Below, piece after piece: positions 24,043 to 37,130 of a DNA stretch of 64,000 nt. The stretch is from positions 53,320,001 to 53,384,000 of the forward strand of contig OX597816.1 in NCBI GenBank assembly GCA_951406725.2, written 5' to 3'. The DNA is from Octopus vulgaris. Its lineage: Eukaryota. Numbering within the stretch: position 1 is the stretch's first letter; every line of letters begins with the position of its first letter. Both the position numbers and the translations under genes were made by a program. A model generated the notes under the pieces. It saw nothing but the letters and a program-made list of their open reading frames with translations. It did no database searches and had not been told where the DNA came from.

Positions 24043-24420
24043 AACTTCTGGGAAATTTGGTTGAAAACTTCCTGGGAAGTTCCGAGGATTTTCCAACTTC
24101 CGGGAAATCTGGTCGAAAACTTCCTGGGAAAATCCAAGGATTTTCCCACCTTCCGGGCAATTTGGTCGAAAACTTCATGGGAAATTCCGAGGATTTTCAA
24201 ACATCCGGGAAATTTGGTCGAAAATTTCCTGGAAGGTTCCGAGGAATTTCTAACTCTCAGGATACTTGGTCAAAACCTTCCTGGGATTTTCCAACTTCCG
24301 AGTAATTTGGTCGAAAACTTCCTGGAAAGTTCTGAGTATTTTCCAACTTCCCTGAAATTTGGTTGAAAACTTCCTGGTAAGTTTCGAGGATTTTCCAACT
24401 TCCTGGAAATTGTCGAAACT
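24043..24420. repeat. 52-bp minisatellite, about 7.5 copies, internally palindromic
   Basis: Unit aacttccgggaaatttggtcgaaaacttcctgggaagttccgaggattttcc starts at 24043, 24095, 24147, 24200 and onward. Confidence 0.95.
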
Positions 24421-24440
24421 AATTTCAACAATTTTTTGCT

Positions 24441-26065
24441 TGTCAATGGTGCAAATATAGAAAAAAAAACAGGGTTTTAAGAGAGTTTAAAGTTACAAGG
24501 TAGAAACCAGACAAAGAATTAGTAATAATGGTACACTCCTCCCACATGACAAATGGAATAAGTGAGTTACTATAAGTAAAGAGAAGTTCATGAAGTACCA
24601 AAGAGTACATAGTAGGTAGTCAGAGATAGTCGTGTATTTTACTGGTTTTACTAAGTATACTGTATACTGAAGTGGCTGTTATAACAATCCAACATTTTAA
24701 GGATCATAACAGTGGTGACGAGAATTTAAACAACTCATGAGGAATTAATAAACTTGACAAGAATTTTAACAAATCATGAGGAGTCAGTAAATTCACAGAA
24801 GTTTTTGTTGTGCAAATTTTACAAAAGAAAGCGTAAAATTACGGAAAATTTGTTGGCCATTCTGCTCAAGTTGCAACAACAGCAACTGAAAAAACAACAA
24901 CAGCAGCAACAACTGCAAGAACAACAGCTGAAGTAACAACAACACCACCAACAACTGAAAGACCAACAACAACAACTATTACTATTACAGCAACAAATGC
25001 TGCAATTAATGAAGTTGTCAAGAAATTCAGAAAAAGTGTTCTTGCCAGATTATGTCATGAACTCCATAACAGAGTTCAAATACGAACCTAGCGAAGGAGT
25101 TACATTCAAAGCATACTAAAGAAGATATGAGCAAATCTTCAAGAAAGAATGTAAAGATTGAGATGACAAGATGAAAATGCACTTAATCTTGAGAAGACTG
25201 GTGGTAACAGAACAGGAATCAATACAGTAAATATGTACTCCCAAGAAATCCTTCAGACATAAACTTAATGACACAAAGATATATTGCGTAAAATTTTCAG
25301 TGAAAAAAGCTCATCGTTCAATGCATATTGAAAGTGTCTGAATATAGACAAAGACAATGATGAGAACTACATCACATATGCTGGCAGAGTAAACAGGGAA
25401 TGTGAGAAGTTTAACTGAATGAATTAATGCCAGATATGTTCAAATACCTGATTTTTACACAGGGACTTACTGCCCAAAAAGACATAGAAATTAGAATTAG
25501 AATTCTCACAAAGCTGAAACAAAACTAGGATATAACCCCTACAGCAAGTGTCAGAAGAATGTGAAAGGATAGTCAAGTTAAGATACAACACAGAGGAAAT
25601 TGAATGTAAAAATTGTTTCCAAGTAAAGCAAGAGCAAATTAGTCATAATAGAGATAAAATATTTTCTAAAATACATGACAAAAATGTTTTGCATGTGGAG
25701 GTATACAACCAAGGAAAAATTGTCGATTCAGAAAAGCAGAGTGTTTTTGTTGTGAAATATAGGACATATAAAGATGCACTGTAGAACGAAGATGACAAAA
25801 CATCTGAACAAGGGAAAAAGAATAAATAGTATATCATCAGAAGAAATTGGTAATATGATGATGAGGAAAGTTGTGAATGTGAAAATCAGAAATACAAGAG
25901 TTAAAATGCAATTGGACACTAGTAGGGACATCACCATTATAAACAAAAAACATGGAAATATTCGGTAAGCCAAAGTTAATTAAATCAACAAAAGGTAGCA
26001 CATGGTGTTATGGGAAAACGATTATATTTTTTCAATGAATTTCTATGTAGTGTAACATTTGAAGG
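24441..26065 (+). mobile_element. Gypsy/Ty3 LTR retrotransposon relic: 5' LTR, PBS, gag (polyQ, CCHC knuckles), protease
   Basis: A putative LTR (tgt..aca, about 24441-24711) is followed by PBS tggtgacgag (24713-24722). Stop-riddled gag reads NSITEFKYEPSEGVTFKAY*RRYEQIF, ITYAGRVNRECEKF and CFACGG..C..CFCCEI*GHIKMHC, and the protease motif is MQLDTSRDITII. Confidence 0.85.
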
Positions 26066-26067
26066 TC

Positions 26068-26100
<33 letters not shown>

Positions 26101-26399
26101 TATATATACATATATGTATATATATACACATATATATATATATACATATATGTATATATATACACATACATATATATATATATATACACATATATATATA
26201 TATATATACACATATATATATACATATATATGTATATATATACACACACATACACATATATATATACACACACACTCATATATATATATATATACACACA
26301 CACACATATATATATACACATATATATATATATACACATATATATATATATATACACACATATATATATATATACACACATATATATATATATACACAC

Positions 26400-26430
<31 letters not shown>

Positions 26431-26468
26431 TATATATATAACACACATATATATATATATACACACAC

Positions 26469-26537
<69 letters not shown>

Positions 26538-26572
26538 CACACACATATATATATATATATGCACATATATAT

Positions 26573-26621
<49 letters not shown>

Positions 26622-26695
26622 TATATATATACACATATATATATATATATATTTATACACACATATATATATACATATATATATACATATATGTA
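26068..26695. repeat. Compound (TA)n/(CA)n microsatellite
   Basis: Seen directly in the sequence. Confidence 0.95.
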
Positions 26696-27188
26696 TCTCT
26701 TTCCCCGTCTGTCTTGATAGACAATGGGTTGCGCCAAGGGTGGGGTCTACTTTGATAATGTGCAGCGACTGCTGTGACTGAACAGTCCAATTCTAGAGTG
26801 GCAGTCCTTGGTACATTTGCTGCACACGAACATCGATGGGTACGTGTGGGGTGTTGCTGCAGTTGTCCTCCTCCTGTCCCGCCTGTCCAACCACAGCTGT
26901 GCTCTCCTCTCCTCAGCCATGGAAACGCCTTTCCTCACCGTCCGACGCCAGGCAGAGCGGTCAGCAGCTGTTTCCTCCCACGTGTCCACACAGATGTTGG
27001 CAGTCCTCAGGTCGCGCTTGCACACGTCCCTGTATCATAGCTGTGGACGTCCCTTGGGTCGGGATCCCGTGGTGAGTTCGCTGTACAGAATGTCTTTAGG
27101 CATGCGACTGTCCTGCATGTGGCAGACGTGTCCGAGCCAGCGCAGTCGTCTCCGCACAAGGAGGGCATACATGCTTGGCATATTAGTC
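26696..27188 (-). mobile_element. 5'-truncated RTE-clade LINE 3' end (young, GC-rich)
   Basis: [74 protein letters not shown], followed by a short 3' UTR. It is embedded in (TA/CA)n. Confidence 0.9.
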
Positions 27189-27250
27189 ATATATGTATAC
27201 ACATACATATATATACACATACATATATATATACACATACATATATATAT

Positions 27251-27292
<42 letters not shown>

Positions 27293-27617
27293 GTGCACAT
27301 ATTAAGAAGTTTGTTCCCCAACCACATGGTTTTGAGTTCACTTCCACTTCATGTCACCCTGAGCAAGTGTCTTCTATAGCTTTGGTCCAACTAAAGCCCT
27401 GTGAGTGGATTTAGTAAATGGAAGCTGAAAGAAGCTTGTCATATACACACACACACACATATATATATATGTGTGTATGTGTGTTTATGTCTTCTTGTCT
27501 TGACATCACAAGATAGTTGGAAATGAGAGATGGTGACAAGAAGGGCATCTGGCCATAGAAAATCTTCTTCAACGAATTCTGTTAGACCCCCACCAAGCAT
27601 AGAAAAGTGGACAGTTA

Positions 27618-28118
27618 CTCCTTTAGCATTCAGATTACTCTGCTTCTTCATTCACATTGCTTTGAATTAAGCATCTTGTAGCTTTGAGATTTTGATAATA
27701 TCATCATCATCATCATCATTGTTTAATGTCCGTTCTCCATGCTAGCATGGGTTGGATGGTTCGACCGGGGATCTGGGAAGCTAGAAGGCTGCACCAGGCT
27801 CCAGTCTGATCTGGCAGTGTTTCTACAGCTGGATGCCCTTCCTAATGCCAACCACTCTGTGAGTGTAGTGGGTGCTTTTTATGTGCCACCTGCACAGGTG
27901 CCAGGTGAGGCTGGCAACGGCCATGATCGGATTGGTGCATTTTACGTGCCACCAGCACGGAACCAGTCGAGGTGGCACTGGCATCGGCCACGATTCAGAT
28001 GGGGCTTTTTACGTGCCACAACCTTTTAGGGTTGGTGTGAGAGACAGGATCTGGCCAGTTTGAACATAAAATGAGTAGAATATTTTGGCCAGATATGGCT
28101 GGTTTGAATGTTAAAAAG
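27618..28118. mobile_element. Second copy of the 33719 piggyBac-type MITE, interrupted by a (CAT)n-tailed SINE
   Basis: Shares cctttagcattcagatta.. and ..gccagtttgaacat..aatgttaaaaagttaa with 33719-34322. Confidence 0.6.
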
Positions 28119-28160
28119 TTAAACAATTATATCAATGATGATGATGATGACAACGATTAT

Positions 28161-28210
<50 letters not shown>

Positions 28211-28368
28211 AATCCTTAAAATCTCATTAAGAAGAGCTAGCAAGTAGTCCTTGTACAACCTTCAACTAAATGGAAAGAATGGGCTCTGATTACACTGTGT
28301 AACACAATTTTTGTCCTTGAGAAGCAACTGTTATTTCTTATTTGCTTACCCCTAGAAAGTATGAATAA

Positions 28369-28697
28369 CGGCTAAAATTTCCTTCAAACTTTGCTTTTGT
28401 TACATTTCTTCAAAGCTCAAAGGATCCCTCTCAGTAAATGGTTATGATGCTCCCCCATGCTACTCTTGATCATCATCAGAGATGTACATATTGTCAGCCA
28501 CTAAGGGACCTGCTCAAGTGGTTAAGGTCAAGCAAGTGACAAGCAAATCTGCAGTACTGAGCAAAATATTTGTTATAATGATATTTCTGCTTCAGCAACT
28601 CAGCACTGAATCTGTCTGAAATGTAATGGAAAATAGGTCAGTTTCAAAACATTGATATCCAGGTTACAAAAGCAAAGTTTGAAGGGAATAGTAGCCA
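28369..28697. mobile_element. MITE-like DNA element; partial inverted copy at about 30440-30600
   Basis: Terminal inverted motif ggcta..ttccttcaaactttgcttttgttac / gttacaaaagcaaagtttgaagggaatagtagcc. Segment 28535-28697 matches the reverse complement of 30440-30600. Confidence 0.55.
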
Positions 28698-28747
28698 TTA
28701 GGAAATAACACTGACAAAAGACCAAAACTTTTTTTGGTTTTGTTATA

Positions 28748-28962
28748 CTCTTTACTCTTTACTCTTTTACTTGTTTCAGTCATTTGACTGCGGCCATGCT
28801 GGAGCACCGCCTTTAGTCGAGCAAATCGACCCCGGGACTTATTCTTTGTAAGCCCAGTACTTATTCTATCGGTCTCTTTTGCCGAACCGCTAAGTGGCAG
28901 GGACGTAAACACACCAGCATCGGTTGTCAAGCAATGCTAGGGGGACAAACACAGACACACAA

Positions 28963-29013
<51 letters not shown>

Positions 29014-29180
29014 TACGACAGGCTTCTTTCAGTTTCCGTCTACCAAATCCACTCACAAGGCATTGGTCTACCCGGGGCTATAGCAGAAGACACTTGCCCA
29101 AGATGCCACGCAGTGGGACTGAACCCGGAACCATGTGGCTGGTTAGCAAGCTACTTACCACACAGTCACTCCTGCGCCTA
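28748..29180 (-). mobile_element. SINE family A, full-length copy
   Basis: Near-consensus reverse complement of 19790-20230. Confidence 0.9.
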
Positions 29181-30306
29181 TGCAGCATTGTAAGTTGTAT
29201 TCTATGTATTTTTTTGCCTAAATAACTATAGAAGTTCTATTGTCTGAACACAATATCAACCATCATTGACTTATGAAATAATTTCACAAATGTATAACTA
29301 TAAAACTCTTAAACTTTGAGACTAAAATATGATCTTGCAATGATGCAAATTACACAAATAGAGTGAAGCCTTACAGCATATTGTAACTCCTGGAATGGTA
29401 TTTAGATAACATAATAAATAACTACTTTGGTAAAACACAATGTAATTGGAGAAACGTAGTGTGTATTTATCTCAGAATTTCAGTGACTTCTCTCTCTCTT
29501 TCTCTCTCTCTCTCTTTCTCACTCATATTCATATGTGCATACATACATACATATATATGTGTACACACACACATGTATATATACACTCACACACATACAC
29601 ATATATATACATTCATATATACATACATACATATATATATACACACACACATGTATGACACATATATATATACACACACACATGTATGACACATATATAT
29701 ATATATACACACACACACTCACACACATACATACAGACACAATTTTATATACATATAAAACAATAACTAGAACTATATGTATATATATAACTAGAATTCT
29801 CTCTCTCTCTTTCTTTCTCTCTCTCTTTCTTTCTCTCTCTCTATATATATATCGATATGTATCTCTAGTCAATTATTAAAATGACTCCTGTATGATGTAT
29901 ATTTATATGTCTATGGTTTGTTCCAATAATGCCCTCTTTCTTAAACACACATACACACTACATATAAATATGTGTGTGTGTGCGAAAGAGTTATAAGGGC
30001 ATTTAACTGTTTGCCAAGTTTTAAAAACTATTACGGTTTGTAATTGCTATGATGATTGTGCAAGACGTATTTTATTTGTGAATTCTGCTTCAGTTTGTAA
30101 TTTTAATGAACATTATTTGTTCCCGATTCAGTAAATTTGGTGTCATTGTGTGCATCCATATAAGGATGTAGGTAACTATGTGCATGCACACTTAAGTCTT
30201 TTAGAACAAGAATACAAGCAAGTTACTGAAAATTCGTCGGATATGCAGGATGGGCCAAAAGTCATGCATCACTTGTACATGATGAACAAATTGCATAATA
30301 ATAATG

Positions 30307-30355
<49 letters not shown>

Positions 30356-33300
30356 TGTGTGACAAAATTTTTATCGTTGTTTTCTTTGGTCAGTAAGTGC
30401 TATTTCCTATTTGCTTCTATCAAGAAATCAAAGGAAATGACTGCTATTCCCTTCAAACTTTACTTTTGTGACCTGGACATCAATGTTTTGAAACGGACCT
30501 ATTTTCCATTACATTTTAGACAGATTCAGCACTGAGTTGCTGAAGCAGAAATATCATTAGAGTAAATATTCTGCTCAATACCACAGATTTGCTCATCAGT
30601 TACCAAATAGAAAAGGAAGGGTTCAAAACTGTTACTGAAACCCTCGGTACTATACTGTTACTTTATTTTATTAATCCTTGGAGGATGAAAGGTAAAGTTG
30701 ATCTCGGAAGTATCTCAACACAAAATGTAAAGAACTAGAAAAGATGCCACTAAGCAATTTTGATCAAAACTTTAACAAGTTTGCCAACCCATCAGCAACA
30801 ATGGAGAGGAACTCCACAATTTTTAGACTTAGTACATTTGTGATGATGAATTCTCATATTACAAAAAGAAAGAAAAAAATATCTGCAATTTTCTTTTAAA
30901 TGTTTAAAAATTGCATTACTAATTCTGTATAAACACATAATTTATTTTCTCTTTCTTTAAATATCAATAAAGAATCGATTTATATGAAAGCAAAAAAAAA
31001 TATATACAAACACATTTCTTTATTCAAAAGATATCGTGCAATATAAGAAAACCTTTGAGAGATAGTGGAGTCGGGTGGTAAGGCAGGTGGGAGAAGCTGA
31101 ATGACAATAGCAAAAATTTTAGGAGGTAACAATTTTTCTTGTCTGTCTGACTGTGTATCTGAGCTAGTTTAGAAACTGACCTGACTGTTAGTACTATAAG
31201 TGCAGTATCATGTTAGCTTACACTTTTAATAATTTTCCCGCACAGCACACCATGATTTTTAAACTGTTCTAAGTAGTTACATCATCCTCTCAAAAGCCAT
31301 ATATTTTCTAAAGGCAGCATCATGGTTTCAATGTGGCCTATATTTCAATGCTGTGCTTCCATAGTAAATTTGAATTTATAAAGATTTGCAAACATGAATG
31401 TTTGCATGAGAATAAAGAATATGCAATTTTAAAACAGAAATAAATAAATAAATAAATAAATTAATGTATATTTTATTTGTTATAAATAGCAACATCGCAT
31501 GTTGTTGAGAATCATGAAATAACATTGTAGAAAATAAAGCATTGTAGAATAGAAAGGTGAACTGCTTCGGTGAAGTTTCAATTTCTACTTGCGACCATCT
31601 ACATCCAATTAAAATGCTAAATGAGCTAACAAGGGAGCAAGCTTCAAAACCAGGGGATCCGAAACTTTCCAAAACCAAGGACTCCTTTTCTTTAATATAT
31701 ATCTCAGCCATAAAAACCATGCCAAAATTGACCTCACCTGTGCTGGTGCCACATATAAAGCACTGCGTCCACTCTGCAGGGTGGCTGGTTTCTGGAAGGG
31801 CATCCAGCCATAAATAAAAACCATGCCAAAACAGACACAGTAGCCTTGGGTAGTCTTCTATTTGGCTATCTCCTGTCAAATCGTCCAACCTATACCAGCA
31901 TGGGAGGCGAATTTTAAACGATGATGATGATCTTCTCACAGACCCAAAGATTTTGAAAGATCTGTCAACAAAATAAGCCAGTTTTAACAAACAAAAAACT
32001 TGTTTGCCTTGTTTCACCTCAAAAACTGAGAGATATATTCAACTGGATAATCATATATAATCAAGTTTGTCTGTTTGTTTTATATCCATTTTTCCATTCT
32101 AGTATGGGTTAGATGAATATCTACTGAGGCACTGTTTTACAGCAGGATGCTCTTCATGTCACTAACCCTTACCTGTTTTTCAAGTAACAAATTTTTTATT
32201 CCATTCATCTTTGAAAATATTAAGCTAATGAATAATTTGTTAGCTGGGAATGTCAACAAACATCACTACTATTTGCTGATGCAGATTATAAATATTTACA
32301 CAGACACACACAAGCATACACACACACATACATGTATGTGTGCATATGCATAAGACAGTCTGGACAATCAATTAGTTGGCTACAGCAGACACATACTGTA
32401 ATGTAGAACTCAAAATTACATAATAACAAAGCATACCCCCATTCACACAGCCATTTCTGAGGAACTATATATTTTACACTGTAACCTTTCAAAGTTTTGC
32501 ACACAGCTTACTGTCCTCTAAGGGTCTACAGACTCCATGTTGGGAAATGCAGCTATTTGTAGTCACCTGAGCTGCTAGAAATAACACTCAAATCTCTTTG
32601 AAATTTCACCTTACCATCTCAAAATTGGGAAAAGACATAAAACAATCTTGATCTGGAAATAAGAAGGCATGGACATGATTGGATGCTTTAATCCTTTATC
32701 TGCTTGATCAGAGCTGATTGGAGGATAGCAACAACAGCTTACATTACTATAAGCAGAAAAGGGAACGGCCGCAACAGAAATAACAGCCAATACCCTTAAT
32801 TACATCCTACCACTTAAAATAAAGAAAATCATGTTAAATCATGTACTCCTAGGTATGTGTAGATATCCATAAAAGCACAGAAGGGTCATATCTGGAATAT
32901 CATTGATCATGGGTCCGATAAGTTAAGACAAGACTGGAATTAAACAACAATAATTTGCAATGCTAATCCTTTTGAGAATGACATGGACATTAAAATCTGT
33001 CATGTTTTCCTCACATAAAAATTTCAAACTTCGTGACTATGTAAGAAATAAATATTATTAGTTTAAAATTTCAGATTTTAGCTACAAGCTTTAGAATATT
33101 GAAATAGATTTTTAATTGCTTGTCATTGCAAATAAATATAGAAATTGCTCTGGAAGCTAAAATTCATTTGTTGAGAGAAATGAACAGTAATTGAATAATA
33201 AAAATGAAAATAATTAGCTTTGGATTTATGCCAAGATTTTTAATTACAATCAGTGATTGGTGATGAGAAATAAATTATTATGTTTACACAGTTATAAACA

Positions 33301-33718
33301 ATTAACTGCATAAACTGTGTGAATTTTTAAATTTTTCTCTTGAGAAATATGTGAGTGTTGTTTGAAAAATATGCACATATTTTGTGTATATATAAGGATA
33401 ATTCATGTATGTATTATAATGTGTGTATCTGTGCTAATATGTAAATGGATGTGATTGTACATATGTGAATGTAATTGTATATGTATCTGTGTATGAAGAT
33501 ATACATGTGTATGTGACAGTATGTGTATATGATAGCAATTTTTGTAACAAAGAAAAGATTGACCGTTTCTTTGGAGTTTCTGCTTGATAGCCTTCATCAT
33601 GCTGTTCATTACTTGTGTTTTCTAAGCTCTGTCTGTCTGTCTGTGTGTGTGTGTAGCTGGAAGATAACTTGTGAGTGAATCAGTGTGGCCTCTAAGAAGG
33701 TGTGGAGCAACAGTTTAA

Positions 33719-34322
33719 CCATTTAGCATTCAAATTAATCTGTCAAATGTAATGGGGTAAAGTCCCCCTTCAGTCATGAATGACCATGGGATAGCACCTA
33801 GAAATTTCCCATCAAAGGCACAAGTCTGGGCAAGGTTGTTTATTGAAGACTTGCAGTTGCCCATGCATATCATTTCCCCCTCTCCATGCCACTGATGTTA
33901 TCCAAGGGAAAGGCAACAGCTATACAGCTTGGTACCAGTGATATCAAAACTCATTTGTACAGCTGAGTGAACTGGAACAATGTGAAGTAAAGTGTTTTGC
34001 TCAAAAACACAACAAACAGCTCAGTCTGGGATTAGAACTTATTACCTCATGATCATGGACCCAATGCTCTAACTGGGATTAGAACTTATTACCTCATGAT
34101 CATGGGCCCAATGCTCTAACTACTGAGCCATGTGCCTTCAAATGAAATGCTTATTTATTTATTTGTTAATTTAATTAATCATGTATTATCATTTAGCTTT
34201 GAAATTTCAATGGTGTGATTGTTTACATTATAGGATAGATGTGAGAGAGTGGATTTAGCCAGTTTGAACATCAAACAAATAAAACAGATTGACCAAATAT
34301 AGCCAGTTTAAATGTTAAAGGG
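33719..34322. mobile_element. piggyBac-type MITE interrupted by a tRNA SINE (about 33754-34139, minus)
   Basis: ttaa|ccatttagcatt .. aatgttaaaggg|ttaa. The SINE is flanked by a caaatg(t/a)aatg duplication. Confidence 0.7.
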
Positions 34323-34548
34323 TTAAGTGGATGAGTATAAAAGTGTTTGTAAGAAGAAAGTAGTAGAATTATTAGAGTAAGAAGGTGAGGATAAAAATGA
34401 GGGGAAGGAGAAGAAGAAAGCAAACAGTTTTATGGTGGCAGTAGAAAGGGGAAAATGGTAAAGAATTTTTTCTGTTTTGACAGTAAAAGCTTTGTTGAAC
34501 CTATAGGGCTCACTTCTGTTAATTTAGTTGTATTTAGTGTAGGAAATT

Positions 34549-34990
34549 CATCATCATCATCGTTTAATGTCTGCTTTCCATGCTAGCATGGGTTGGACGA
34601 TTTGACTGAGGACTGGCGAACCAGATGGCTGCACCAGGTTCCAATCTGATCTGGCAGAGTTTCTACAGCTGGATGCCCTTCCTAATGCCAACCACTCTGA
34701 GAGTGTAGTGGGTGCTTTTACATGCCACCGGCACAAGGGCCAGACAGGCAGTACTGGCAACGGTCACGTTCAAATGGTGTTTTTACGTGCCACCTGCGCA
34801 GGAGCCAGTCCAGAAGCACTGGAAACGATCTTGCTTGAATGTTTTTTCACATGCCACCGGCACAAGTGCCCGTAAGGTGACACTCGCAATGATCACACTC
34901 AAATGGTGCTTTTACATGCCACCGGCACAGAAGCCAGTCGGCTGCTCTGGCAATGATCATGTTTGGATGGTGCTCTTAGCACTCCACTGG
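34549..34990 (-). mobile_element. SINE family C with (GAT)n tail and internal about 60-65-bp tandem units. Other copies: 27702-28020(-), 35132-35372(+), 42817-43170(-), 50189-50320(-), 61043-61500(-)
   Basis: Conserved catcatcgtttaacgtc..catgctagcatgggttggacg..ggatgcccttcctaa tail, which is RTE-like. Confidence 0.85.
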
Positions 34991-35340
34991 CTTGGGTACC
35001 ATGCTTCTTTTTCCTTATAAAACCCTTTTCTACCCGTCCAATTAAAATAGCCATGAAATACAATCATCTTCATTGTCATCCTCATTCAACATCTGTTTTT
35101 CCATACTGGCATTCATCTTAGTGCTCATTTAAGTGTGGCCGTTGCCAGTACCACCTGACTGGCCCCCGTGCCGGTGGCACATAAAAGCACCCAATACACT
35201 CTCGGAGGGGTTAGTATTAGGAAGGGCATCAAGCTGTAGAAACTCTGCCAGATCAGATTGGAGCCTGGTGCAGCCATCTGGTTTGCCAGTCCTCAGTAAA
35301 ATCGTCCAACCCATGCTAGCATGGAAAGCAGACGTTAAAC

Positions 35341-35372
<32 letters not shown>

Positions 35373-36599
35373 GCCTTATACACACTTTTTACCAGAATTT
35401 TAAGTCTAAAAGTTTTGAGTATACATTATACATGGAAACTGAATGTTGTTCATTTTCTAGTTTTAACTGCTTGGCCATATTCAGAATGGCATAAGTTACT
35501 ACTATTGTCCATGCTAACTGATGCATAAGGAAGAGTTTAAACCATTATAACAATTTTAAGTTTTTCTATGAGTGATAATACATTAAATGATCATTATATT
35601 TCATAAGTGTGGCCATCGGATCATATATATGGGCCCATATAATCATACCATTTATGGTGATTTATTTTCTTATGAACACGTTGAAATCATTCAAAAGTAA
35701 AATATAAAACTGAACCAGGAACAGCAAAATGATTAAATGTACTTGGTTTCTACTTATATGTTGCTAACATATTCTAGTCTGTGTACATACACTTCTACAA
35801 AAATATAAATATCTTACAATTTTGTCTTTCATTAAACTGCTATTATAAGTAATAACACCAAGGTGTTCCTGACATGCCAATCCAGTTAATATACTGTTTA
35901 ATATATATTCAATATATATATCTTTAATCTAATATGTTATAATTGTTTTATATTTACAATTTATATAAAATTATTTCTTTTTATTTTATTAAATGGTTTT
36001 GACATTAAATGAAACATGTTGCATGATTTTAATTTTTTTTCCTTTTAGATTAAAAATAAATTGTCAGATCTTAAATATCAGATGATCAAACAAAAAGCCA
36101 AAAACTGTTTTGTTTTGTTTTTGTTTTTGTTTTTAATGCATAATAAAATAAAGTTAATAGTGTTTTAAAATTCTCACTTAAGTATTAGCTCTTCTGTGAA
36201 AACAGGTAATTGTAAAAAGGTAAAAAAAAAAACATATGGAAATAATTCGAAATAGCATATTACTACAGACTATTGTTCACATTTCTCAACATCGTTGTTA
36301 AAAACATTTAGTTCACTAGCATTGTTGAAAGCTAGCACTGTTAAAAACAAAACATTTCTTATCAAAAAGAAAAAAAAAGTAAAGGAAAACATGATCATTT
36401 ATTTAAAAGTTATCAGAAGAGAAACTTAAGAATGGAGATGCATGTCTGTCGTACAACAAGAGTTGAACAAGATCAAAGGCCAAATACATATTACATACAT
36501 ATTACAAGATGTAATGATGTGTAAGGCAGAATCCCTGATGTGCAAAATAGAAATCTGGAAACTGTTTTGAAAACAAAATGAAAAATAAAAGTGTTTGAT

Positions 36600-37130
36600 G
36601 CAGGAATTACAACCATGTTTCATGGTCTGCTACCACAACAGCTCCTTTATAGGATCCAGTTAGCTCAAGACATCATCAGGAGGAACCACGTCCGGTTTCA
36701 GCCCCTACTCCTCAACCGTTTTGACGTGGCGGGGCCCCCCCTTTCGGAGGTGTCTTCACCTCTGGTGTTGGGTGCATGTCTTCTTTCTTCTTCTGTTCCC
36801 TGGCCTCTTCGATGTATTGTCAGTGAGTGTCAGCCGGTGACTGACTGTCTTGTCAAATTTTTCCCTTTAAATACCTGCCGCATAGGCTCCAGCAGGCAGC
36901 CCCAGCAAGTTGTCACGTGACACTGTTTCACCTTAACTGACTAGTGAAGGCGCGTAGTTTTAGCCCGCGCTTTTTCTACTCTTTTAATATGAAGCATTTA
37001 TTAATTTCAATGTTCTTACCAGTCGTCGTATGAGGACTGGAATAACATAAGGGAGACAGTCTCACTTGATAGCTCACAGTGTACCCTGTTTGGTTTCTGT
37101 GACTACAGAGGAGGTAACCACTCTGAAATG
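36600..37130 (-). mobile_element. GC-rich retroelement end, possibly a PLE pseudo-LTR with a hammerhead-like core
   Basis: Abrupt GC rise. The minus strand has CTGATGA-long hairpin-GAAA-ca-tggt-tg-TA at about 36608-36679, but no stem I pairing. Confidence 0.35.

Noticed and set aside
24043-24420. CRISPR-like array
   Set aside because: Units are contiguous with no unique spacers, there are no cas genes, and the context is eukaryotic.
31376-32017. 213-aa minus-strand ORF
   Set aside because: It runs through a SINE C copy and AT-rich sequence, with no recognisable domain.
36495-36561. Possible short minus-strand exon (FQISILHIRDSALHIITSCN)
   Set aside because: Splice sites are plausible, but there is no protein similarity and it does not complete the WW domain.
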